Assembly: GCA_016748015.1 (NCBI GenBank)
Contig: JAAOMT010000617.1
Coordinates: 876,635-940,634, forward strand
Direction of reading: 5' to 3'
DNA: 64,000 nucleotides
Origin: Geosiphon pyriformis uo1
Taxonomy: Eukaryota; Fungi; Glomeromycota
Numbering within the stretch: position 1 is the stretch's first letter; each line of letters opens with the position of its first letter. The position numbers were made by a program, and so were the translations under genes. The notes below the pieces were generated by a model that did no database searches, had not been told where the DNA came from, and saw only the letters and a list, made by a program, of their open reading frames with translations. Shown piece by piece: positions 12,910-23,559 of the stretch.

Positions 12910-14200
12910 TCTCATTCTGGAGAGACAGTCAACATTGGTGTGGAGTTTTCTTGGTTTGTGATGTACTATGTATCGATAGTTTGCTAGAAATTCTGTCCAT
13001 CGGGTTTGTTTTGCATTTAGCTGAGTATTTTTGTTCTGAAGCCATTTGAGTCCAATATTATTAGTGATAATATTGAATTCTTTAGGCCTGAGATAAAAAT
13101 TGAAGTGGTGTAAGGCCCAAATTACAGCTGTTGTTTCTAGTTCTGTGGCAGGGTAGTTTTTCTCAGCTGGTTTTAATGTTCTGCTAGCATAAGCAATTAC
13201 TCACTCATTTCCATTGTCATTTAGTTGTGATAAGATGACACCAAAAGCAGTATACGAAGCATCTATAGCTAGTCAAAATCAGTTGCTGAAATCTGGGTAG
13301 GCGAAGATTGGAGCTGTTGTCAGTTTTTTTTTGAGAATTTCAAAAGCTTTTTGGTATTTGATAGTTCATTTGTATTCAACGTTTTTGGTGGTGAGCTGGT
13401 TGAGAGGTTTTGCAATTTCCGAGAATCTTTTAATAAACTTCCAATAGTAGGATGCTAATCCTATGAATTCTCTTAGTTCTGTAGTGTTTCGAGGAGTTTT
13501 AAAGTTTTTGACAATGCTGATTTTTCTAGGGTCTGGTTTGATTCCATCTTTACTAACAATATGCACAAGGAAAGCCAAGCTTGTTTTTCCAAAGTAGTAT
13601 TTTTCGATGTTGAGTTTTAGTCCTGCTTTTTGTAATTGTTGAAAAACTTCTTACAGGTGTTTTAAGTATAATTCAAATGATGGAAAATAAACATCAGTAT
13701 TGTTAAGATAAATGACCACTGACTTCCAAAGAAGTTCTTGATACACAACATCCATTAATCTCTGAAATGTTGCTGGTGTATTGCATAATCTGAAAGGCAT
13801 TACATTGAACTCGTAATTTCTATCTTGGATAGTGAATGCTGTTTTGGGGCAATCTTTAGGATCCATAGCAACTTGCCAGTAACCACTTTTTAAATCTAGT
13901 GTTGAAAAGTATTTGGATTTTCTAAGGGCATCTAATATGTCATCAATCTGGGGAAGAGGGTAGGCATCTCCAATTGTAATACTGTTGAGTTGTCGATAAT
14001 CAACACAAAATCGGATCTTTCTATTTTTCTTTTTAACTAGCACTACAGGTAAAGCCCAAGGACTCATGGAGAGTTGGATGAGCCCATTGTTAAGCATTCA
14101 TTGTACTTTTTTTCGGATGAATTGGTGGCTTTCTGGAGCAACTTGATATGCTTATTGTCTTCTTGGTTTGGCATTTCCTGTATAAATTTAGTGTTGAACT
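12910..14200 (-). pseudogene. Reverse transcriptase and RNase H of element A
   Basis: SPWALPVVLVKKK..RFCVDYRQLN, STLDLKSGYWQV, VMPFRLCNTPATFQ, YLNN (eroded YLDD). RNase H motifs DASYTAFGVILSQ...NYPATELE. Confidence 0.95.
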
Positions 14201-14749
14201 AAATTGGTTCTTCCTAAGTCATTGTTGTTTTCAGTGAAGATATTAGCAAATTTTGCAATTAGCTCTTTGAGCTGGGTCTGTTGTTGTGGTTCAAGTTGTC
14301 CTATGTTGATCCAAGATAGTTTTTCCATGACAACATGGTAGTTTTCAGAACTGGGGTTTGGGTTGATTTTTGGTAATGAATGTCCAATAATTTCAGAGAA
14401 ATCGGAAATTGTTTGGGGTAATTCTTGTTGAAATATATTACTGTGAATAACTTTAATTTCTAAATTATTTAATAAAATTATGGGGTAATTATTGGAGTTG
14501 TAAAAAGTAACTTGGACTTTCTTTGTTCCTTCTGGAATATAAATGTTTGGGATTAAAATATTATATTCCAAGCAGACTTGTTCATTGGACTCAAAAATTT
14601 GTTGTGTGGTTGTTGGCTTTAGGCAGGTGTAGATTTCTGGATGTTCTTCAAAGGGTGAAATGGTAATTGGTTGTGGAAGTCTAAGAATCTGGTGAGATTT
14701 GTTCTGTGTGTTAAGAGTTATATTAACTGGAACTATGAATCGTCTAGTT

Positions 14750-15150
14750 GAACCAAAACCTTGGGTTCCTCTATCGCTTTTTCCTAATTGTTCTCTTTGA
14801 TTAACTAGTTGCAAACCTGAAATGTTGATTAGGGATAGATAAATAGCTTGAACAATTTTTTCAGCATGTTCGATCTTGAATGGTTTGTCAGTTTCATTTT
14901 AAAGCATCACTGTAATGTCTCCAGTATATTCAGCATCAATTATTCCTTCTTTGACATTAATTCCTTTGCTTGCCAGAGAGAACCAGGAGGTGATTTGAAC
15001 CATTGCTCCTGACAGGATTTTGAGTGCAATTTTAAGGTTGATTTTTGTAAGAGATTTGGGTTTGAGAACAAGAGTATCCTTGTCTGGATATCTTAGGTCA
15101 TATCCAGCATCAATTTCATGTGCTTTTTCAGGTTTTATTCCTTGTCCGTT
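14750..15150 (-). pseudogene. dUTPase domain of element A, between protease and RT
   Basis: All five trimeric dUTPase motifs: AGYDL, (R)xSLASKG, GIIDAEYTG, EKIVQ, RGTQGFGST. Confidence 0.92.
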
Positions 15151-16169
15151 GTTGTTGAAGTATTTAAGTTGTAAAGCAGGCTGATTTTCGATAAGGTAGA
15201 TGGGTGTTGTTTCAATTTCTTCTATTGCTTCAGGTTCTCCAAATTCAATTTTATTTTTATCATTTTTGCTGGGCAAGGGGATATTAAAAGTGTAGCATTC
15301 AGAATACCACTGTTCATTACAAGGCATAATGCATTCTTCACATAGTCTAATGTTCATTTGCTCTAATCATTGAATTTGAGCTTCTTGAGTTAGGTAAGTG
15401 TGACTTGCAATTTGGTGGTAGACTTCTACTTTGTCTTCATAATCAAATCCAGCTAATTCCATGATGTATTCAATGTATTCTGCTTCCTTTATTTGACAAA
15501 CATCTTTTTTGGTAGCTCTATTAATTAATGCTATTGCTAAGTCGAAAATCATCTCAGCATTATGGGGGTAGTAATAAAGTTTGTTGAGAGCATTGTTGTA
15601 TGCCACATTAAAGGTGTTCCTCTTTTTACTTTTTCTGAAATTGATAAAACATATTGGCAGGTCTGATCACAGACTCTTCTTCTTATGGCTACATCAATCC
15701 AATTGCATTCTTCCAATAGTATATCTCCACAAGTCAAACAAGAGGTGTTGTCCTATTTTCCACTCCTTTTTATTAGATGGCCCCATCATTCTCTGTGGCA
15801 AGCCTTGCAGTAATAACAAATATGATTTTCATATTCTTCTTCAGGTAAAATGCAGGCTCCCATTGACAATAGTTTCTTGTGGCAGTCCTTACATTCAAGG
15901 GGAATATAGGGGTGTTGTTTTCTTGGTTTGGGTTTTGAGTAAGGGATATTTCATCCAGAGGTTTCGGGTTCAGAGTGTGGGGTAAAATGTTCTTGTTCTG
16001 TTTCATTGGCCCAGTTGGACGTTGATCCAAGAGCCATGAATGTTTCAATGAGGGGTTTTTCCTCTTTTGGTTCAAATTCAAAAGCTGGAGTGTTTGTTGA
16101 ATGTATTACAAGTGGCAGGTACTCAGGCATGTTGTCCTTGGTAGGAGATTGTTAACTCTTGTGTTTTCT

Positions 16170-16480
16170 AATTCAGATTAGCATTGGCTTTTTGAAGCCA
16201 ATCATTTCTGATGAGAGCTTGGTATTGGGGTACATTTATTACAAGAACTTTGACTGGAATGGTGATTTCATCAAGAGTAAATAAAAAATTGTCAATTTCT
16301 CCTACTGGGGTCTTTTTCATGCCATCGGCAGTGATGATTACTGTTTGAGCTGGTCGGTCAACATTTCTCTTTAACTGTTGCATTAACTGGTAGGTGATAA
16401 TGCTTCCAGTGGATCTACTGTCTAGGATCAAGCAAATTGTCTTTCTTTCAACTTCTGCTTCAGTGTACATAGCCGTGATT
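16170..16480 (-). pseudogene. Aspartic protease of element A
   Basis: LILDSRSTGSIIT (eroded DSGS) ... ALIRNDWL (eroded LIGNDWL). Confidence 0.9.
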
Positions 16481-16699
16481 GCTTTTTGTTCATTGGCAGT
16501 TGTATTGCTAAGCAGGAATAGTGACTCATTTGCTTCAAACTCAAAAGGGAATATATCTGAAAGGTTAGCATTTTCAGCAATTCTGGCTGGTGGGATTGTG
16601 GTGGGAGTATAAGAAGAGTTTTGTTGTTGTGCTGTAGCTCTACCTTCCAAGGGTGCAGTATGGTGAAAATCCTGTTCTTCTGGCATTGTTAAATAATTG

Positions 16700-18553
16700 G
16701 GTTGAGTGTGATAGTAGTTGGGTTTTGGTTGAGTGGAATTTCGGGAAACCAATTGGTTGTTCGAACTGATTCTATTGTTGTTTACTTGGTATCGGTTTTG
16801 TGGTGTGAATTGATTTTGTGTAATCAGTCTTCGAGCAGATATTTAATAATGTTGTGTGGGTGGTTGTTGGTATTGCTGTTGGATTGGCTGTGGGGCGGGC
16901 TGATAATAGTTATTTTGGTATTAGGGTCTTGGTGGATAGTAAGCTGGTGGTGGTGGTTGATAATAAGATTGCTGTGGTGGAGGGTAACGTTGATTACTCC
17001 TATTTTGTTGGTCTCATTGTAGCTTTCTGCAATCTTTTTTCCAGTGGTCAGAGATTCCACAGTAATGGCAATTCTGAGGCTGGTTATTGGAAAGTGGTGC
17101 AAAGTTATTTTGATTTTGTCTTTGGGGTGGTTGATATCTTTGGGGTTGCTGTTGTTGTTGATTGGTGAAATAGTTTTCAACCTTTTTTGTGAGTTGGTCA
17201 ATTTTTTCCTCAGCTGCTGAGTTGGTTTCTCTAATTGCCAAATTTACAAGTTTTGTGCAATTGGCTTCTTCCATGACCATTTTGTATCTTTTTGCATGCT
17301 GTATGGCAGAGTTTAAATCTTCTGGCATATGTGGACAAATTTTTTTAATTAGTTTATCTTTTAGACCAGTGATAAATTGATCCAAGATTTGAGCATCGGA
17401 ATAATAATTATTTGTTTCAAGTTGGCAAATTCATCTGAGAAGTTTGTTGAATTTCCCAATATAAGTCATAACAGATTCGGAAGGTTCTTGTTTGATATTT
17501 TGAAAACGATTGCGAAGAATGATGAAGGCATTATTGTCGGTAAACTGTTCAAGAAAGGCTGCTTTGAAAGCGTTCCAATCATTGAATGGGGTGGCCAAGT
17601 TTTCAAACTATTCTTCTGCTGTTCCTTTGAGAAAGTAGGGAATTGTTCTTAACATTCTGGCAGCATTCCATCCATTTGCATCTCCAGCTTTAGTAACTTG
17701 GTCGAGCCATTCTTGAAGACTGGTCTCAATGTCTTTTCTATTAAATTCAGGGATTTTTGCGATGTATGTTGTCATTTTGTTTTCTTCGTTTTCACTGTCT
17801 ATTGATTCTTCTTTAGATATTTTAGGTTCATTTTTTTCATTCACTGCTGTCTCAGAGTGTTCACTTTGATTTTCAGCTAGAAAGTCAAGGAGATTGGAAC
17901 TAGTTTGAAAGGGTTTTTTGTTGTCTGATGGGACTTTTAAGTGATGTAAAATCTTCTGGTCTTGTAAATCAATTCAAGAATAAATTAGGCATTTGTGCTT
18001 GTGCAAGTGAAGCTGAAAAAGGTGTGATAGTAAGTGGAAGTTTTGAACTGGTTCCTTGTTCAGGTGTTTGTAAATGTTTGGCAGTTGTTTTTGGTAGTGT
18101 TGGAGTATTTGGGATGGTTTTTGAGTATTGCTTCAATTTGTTTTTGTCTTTGTTGCTTGTTTCTGTTTCCAATTCAAAATCAATAGAGTATTGAGACTGC
18201 ACTGGATATGTTTTTTCACAGTATTTGATAATGTTAAAATTAAGTTCGTGAAAGTAAGTGACAAGTATTTCACTATTAAGGTCTTCAGTTCCCAACCATA
18301 AATAGTGTGCTAAATTATTGTAAAGATTGCTTCTAACTTCTGAGATATTGTAATTTCCAAAAAGATAATTTTTAATGTGGTTTTCAATGTATTGGTATAC
18401 TGATTTCTTGACAACTTCAATTCCGTCTAGAATGTTGAATCTTTGCTTGCAGTGGGTGTAAATTGATTGGTAATACTCTAGAGTTGTTGCATCTGGTGTG
18501 GTCACCACTTTGAATTTTGTTGTTGCTGTGTTATTTCTGTGGGAGAGCACCAA
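16700..18553 (-). pseudogene. Gag of element A (long N-terminal extension, capsid, CCHC knuckle, Q/N-rich tail)
   Basis: IPEFN...QEWLDQVTKAGDANGW...YFLKGTAEE; DQFITGLK; CHYCGISDHWKKDC. Confidence 0.9.
18541..18552 (-). promoter_or_regulatory. Primer-binding site of element A
   Basis: Minus strand TGGTGCTCTCCC two nucleotides after the LTR end CA, complementary to a tRNA 3' end ...GGGAGAGCACCA. The tRNA identity is not determined; it is not the usual initiator-Met PBS. Confidence 0.85.
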
Positions 18554-18554
18554 A

Positions 18555-19534
18555 TGTTACCAGAGGTTTTTGGTCTCCTTTCTTGAATGTTGTTGATGCC
18601 TGTTTGCTGTAAATTCATGTTTCCAGGAAGTAGTTGGACCTCCAGTAACTGAATTTATCTTCAAATTATCTTCTATAATTTGAACTTGCTAGGCTTATGA
18701 GTGGAATGGCCAATTTCATGCCAGTTGCTTTATGTAGTTACATTGTAGTAAACGTCAACTCTTTCCCAGAAATTGCTTGTCTGAAAGCTCACTAAAAATG
18801 TGTAGTTACTTTGCTGTGAAAGTCAACTCTTCTACAGGAATCTTGTCTGTAGGCTACCCTAATAATTGTAATAAGAAAAGAAAAATAAAAGAAATATAAA
18901 AGAAATAGGATTTTATCAAGGGAAATGTTTTTTTATCCAGGCCTGGAGTCACTAACAGTTTACTGAAATTGGTAGCTAATCAATTTCAAAACGTTAGTTG
19001 GGTTTTGAGGATTTTCCAAGTGCAATAATTTAAAAAATTTGGTTTTTTGAATTATTTGATATTTATTTTTTTTTGTGTGTGTGTAGGAATGGTTCTAAGT
19101 GATACATCTAAAGTAAGATACATTTTTTCAAAGAGAGAAGCTCTTCTTTTATACAATTTGTTGTAACACTATTTTATGAACTTGAACTTTGCTTTTTTCT
19201 ACAATTTCGCTGAACTAAAGATACATTTCAGCAAACTACAAGTTATTTCTGCAAACTATTAGATATTTTGGTGAACTATCAATTATTTCAGCAAATTTCT
19301 ACAAATTTCGGCAAACTTTTTGAATGTTATATAGTTCGGGGTATTGCATAATTGATCATTGCAATTAGATTACATTTGTGTTATGTACAAATTGGGTTAT
19401 TAATTAAATGATAATTTCAGACATTTTGCTAATATACTAAGTGATAATTTGAAACGATAATATATGTTAATTAATAATAAGAATTATAAAGATAATTTCA
19501 TGCTAAATAATATCTCTAATTTTGTCTGGTAACA
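18555..19534 (-). repeat. 5' LTR of element A (980 bp)
   Basis: 10-bp terminal inverted repeat TGTTACCAGA...TCTGGTAACA. Tandem units of about 19 bp (gtgaactattagatatttt-like) at about 19200-19320. Confidence 0.95.
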
Positions 19535-21420
19535 TCAGCAACAAATTTTGCATCTATTCTTTGAATAATTTTTGCTTCTGGCCACTTAGTAAGATAATCT
19601 ATGGCTATTGTTATATATCTGTTTCTTCTGTTGGTTATTGTTAATAGTTTGACTAAGTCAATTTCAATGTGATTGAATAGTTGTCCCACTTTAATTGGTC
19701 TTAATGATTCACTGGGTCTTGTTTCTCTTCTTCTTTAACAAGCATCACAATTTTGAACATATTGGATGATGTTTGAATACATTGATAGCCAATAGTATCT
19801 TTTTCTGATTTTTTCTATGATTGCTTCTTTGTGAAAATATCCTGCTGTTGGATCAGAATACATGTTGAATAATATGGTTTCTTTCTCTGGTTTTATGATT
19901 ATTTTGGTTGGTTAATCTGAATTCTTTCTGTTTTTTCAATAAAGTATATCTTGGTAAATAATAAAATATTTAAACTGTTGTTTGATATGGTTTCATTTCT
20001 TTTGAGATAATTTTTCCTTAAACTGTTAAATATTTATAAAATGTTAAAGTTGTTGATATTTTTGTGTATTTATTTTTTTGTTATATTTTTGGGTTGAAAT
20101 ATTCTTAAATTTGTCTTATCTGTGACAAACCATTGGCATTTCTGTTTTTTTTTTTTTTTTTTTTTTTTTTTGTAATGTACTGTATAATTAAATAGTAAAA
20201 GTTTTATTTTCTATCTAGCATGGCAATTGTCTCTGAATTCTTGTTTCTGAATTGAAATTAATTCTTTATGGTCAGTGTATATGTTAAATTTTTGGCTTAA
20301 GTATTTTTTCTATTTTATGACTGCCCAATAGATTGCTAAATATTCTAGTGCTGGAGTTCTGTAGTTCTTTTCAGCTGGACTTAAGCTGTAATTAGCATAT
20401 ACTACTGGATGTTCTCTTTTATCTGGTTTTTTTGAGATAATACAGCTCCTAATGTTTTGACCCAACACATTGGTTGTGATTATAAATGGCTTGCTATGAT
20501 CTGAATAGATCAGTACTAGAGCTTAAATAAGCTTTTTTCTTAATGTATCAAAAGCTTCTTGCTGGTTTTCTGTCTATTCATATTTGGTGTTTATTGCTTG
20601 GAGCTGGTGTAATGGCTGAGCTAGTTTGGAGAAGTCTTTGATAAAGTGACAGTAGTAACTCATAAATCCTAAAAATGCTCGTAGTTTGGTCAAGTTAATA
20701 AGTACTGGAAAGTTTTTAACTATTTCAATTTTATCTGGATCTGTCTTAATTTTGTCTTTGCTTATAATATATCCCAAGAATTTTAATTCCATTTTGCCAA
20801 AGAAACATTTGATGACATTTAACTTTAATCCAGCTCTTTTTAGTCTTTTAAATACTTGTTGAAGATGGTGTAAATAATCATCAAATGTCTTAAAAAACAC
20901 ATTGGTGTTATCTAAGTAAACAACTACTGATTTCCACAATAGTCTAATATAAACAATTTCCATAAGCCATTGAAATGTGGCTGGTGCATTCATTAAGCCA
21001 AAAGGCATAACTTCAAATTCAAAATTTTTTTCTTGGGTTGTAAAAGCCATTTTTTCTTTATCTTCTGGTTTTATGGCTACTTGCCAGTAACTATTGTTTA
21101 AGTCTAAAGTTGAGAATCATTTTTTTCCTCCAAAAGCATCGAAAAGTTCTTGGATCTTTGGAGTTGAATAGCTATCTTTTTTTGTTACTCCATTAAGTTT
21201 TTGGTAATTTACACAAAAGTGGATTTTTCCATTCTTCTTATGAATTAATACTACTGGCAATAACTATGAACTCATTGATAGTTGAATTAATCTGTTGTCT
21301 AACATCTGGTTAATTTCTTGTCAGATAATTTCATGGCTTGCTGGTGGTACTTGGTATGCTCTTTGTTTGATTGGCATTGTATCTCCAGTCTTGATCTAAT
21401 GTTGGATTATGTCAGTTCTG
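19535..21420 (-). pseudogene. RT, RNase H and N-terminal integrase of element B
   Basis: ORF 20574..21050 VMPFGLMNAPATFQ...YLDNT...FLGYIIS. INT motifs CDAC...IEIDLV...DYLTKWPEAK at about 19560-19760. Confidence 0.9.
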
Positions 21421-21944
21421 CCAAATTTATTTTCACTGACAAAGATGTCGTTAAAGTTGTTAAGTAACATTTTAAGCTATATATGTTGTAGTGAGTCTAG
21501 ATTTCCCAACTTTATCTGTTTCAATTATTTTGGTTGGAGCAGATAATATTCTTCTTATCTGTAGATTGTTTATGGTGTAATATCTACATATCTACAAAGC
21601 TGTAGAAAATTTGAAATGGGGTTTGGTAGTTGTTCTTCAACTTCAGTGCTTAAATATCCAATAGTGGTTTCTTTTAGTATTTTAATGACATCTCTTGTTG
21701 TGTTGTAGATAAAAATTTTGATATGTTTTGAATTCTTGACTGGTATGTAGAAATTGGTAAGTCTAATTTTTTCTGATTTACAAATGGTAGTTTTTACTTC
21801 AAAAATTTAAAATTGATTCTTTACTTTTTTTCTATGACTAACATGTACTGGTTATATGGTGAAATAGAAATTGATTGATGAGTGGAAATAATTTCTCTTT
21901 TGTTAATACTTTCTTTCTCTGCTATATTAACTAGTATGTCTATT

Positions 21945-22345
21945 CTACCTGTAGATTTAAATCCTTGTATCCTTCTTGCTGTTATCCTTAATTTTTCTCT
22001 TTTTCTTACTGATACTAATTAAGCTATTTTAACTAAAGGCAGAAATATTGTTTGGGCTATCTTTTCATTTGGTTTTATAATATAGGTCTTTTTAAAGTCA
22101 TTTTGTAGCATTGCAATAATATATTCTATATATTCTGTATTAATTATTTCTCCTCTAATATTGATCTCTTTTTTTGCTAAACTACTTTTAGATGTTAATT
22201 GAACTATCATTGTTGCTGGAATTTTTAGTACTACTTTAAGATTAATGCAGGTGCATGAATGTGGTTCTAATTTAATGGCATCTTTTCTCAAATATTTTAG
22301 ATCAAACTCTGCATCAGTATCATGTGTGTATTTTGGCATGATACT
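21945..22345 (-). pseudogene. dUTPase domain of element B
   Basis: DAEFDLKY, SKSSLAKKEI, GEIINTEY, NEKIAQ, then RRIQGFKSTG (eroded motifs I-V). Confidence 0.85.
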
Positions 22346-23559
22346 TTTATTGTTATCATTAAACCATCTTAATTTCTGCTCTTTGAAAAGATTAGGAAGT
22401 GCAATGTATTGTTTAGGGTTTGAATTAGAGTTTGAATTGTTGTTGTTGTTATTGCCATTTTAAATGAAGCTAGAACTATTGTTTTTGTTATTATTATTGT
22501 CAGAGTTTAAATTAGAATGGAATGTTGATTCTGATTCTAATGTATAGCTACTGATTGGTTTTTCTTCCTCTGGGATCATGTAGATTATGTGTAGTGGTAG
22601 ATTGTAAATGAAATTACACTTATTACAATATTGAAAATCACATAAAATCAAACAGTGGTCACATAATTGGGTGTTTAGCTGCTCTAAACATTGTTTTTGT
22701 TCTTCTTTAGTGGATGCCAAATGCTGATAATGCTCATAAAATTTTTCTAAATCTGTCTCAATATTTAAAAATATGTCTGAATTGAAGATGAAAACAATAT
22801 TAATTGGTTTTGGAGGATTGTTCTTTATCTCCAGAATCTTACTGGGCAAAATGCCTTCTATCTTGGCATTAGTTATTTACCAGATCTCATCTTTGTCATG
22901 CAAATAGCCATCTAAGCAAGAAATTGCTCAGTAGCATACAGCAGTAATAAGTGTTCTACAACTCACCTAATTACTAATGAGGATTGTGTATTGGCACAAT
23001 GTATCACACATTCTTCCTCAACTAGGAATATTATTCCACATTTTTTTGTTGAGTAGAGTTTCCCCACAAGTGAAACATGGTTCATTGTCCCACTTCTCTT
23101 ATCATTTTAGATAGCCATACTGTTCTCTATGACATGGTTTGTAGTAATAGTGGATTTGCATCCAGTAGTCTTTATTGGGTGTAATTCAAGCTCTTATGGA
23201 AGAAAGTTTCTTGCCACAATCTTGGTATTTAAGTAGAATATATGGCAGTTGCTTCAGTGGCTTGTGTGAATAGGATCTTTCCTATCCACTAGTTATTTTT
23301 TTTGTGGTAGTGTTTTCTTCTGGTGTATTCTTTTCTTTTCTCTTTCCTTTGTCATCTCAAGAAAGTACTGATAATAATTCATTGTGTTTGGTATTAGCCC
23401 AGAAAACTTGGTAGACTTCCCAAGTAGGTTTTTTTTCTTTGTCATTGAACTTGATAAGTGATGCTGTCATGTTGGTGCTGAGTTTAAAATAACTACAAGT
23501 GGCTAGTACTCACATGTGTTTACCATTCTGACTGAGTTGCAATTCCTGGGTGGTCCAAT

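Larger units (their letters stand above)
9797..19534 (-). mobile_element. Full-length Ty3/Gypsy LTR retrotransposon A with dUTPase and extra ORF3 (youngest LTR element here, inactivated by stops)
   Basis: TG...CA LTRs at 9797-10657 and 18555-19534. Perfect 4-bp TSD TCAG at 9793-9796 and 19535-19538. PBS, PPT and Gag-Pol fragments present, nearly all in one reading frame from 17844 to 11905. Confidence 0.95.

Noticed and set aside
17905-17925. AAAAAAC as a programmed -1 frameshift in gag
   Set aside because: Joining the frames needs +1, not -1; a one-base slip in a mutation-made A run is simpler.
16394-18194. Hydrophobic plus-strand ORFs over gag (also 8696-9430) and antisense ORFs over the LINEs
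   Set aside because: Shadows of strand-skewed TE coding sequence; no motifs and not conserved between copies.
18541-18552. Assigning a specific primer tRNA
   Set aside because: A ...GAGCACCA end fits several tRNAs (Thr, Ile, elongator Met); the species tRNA set is needed.
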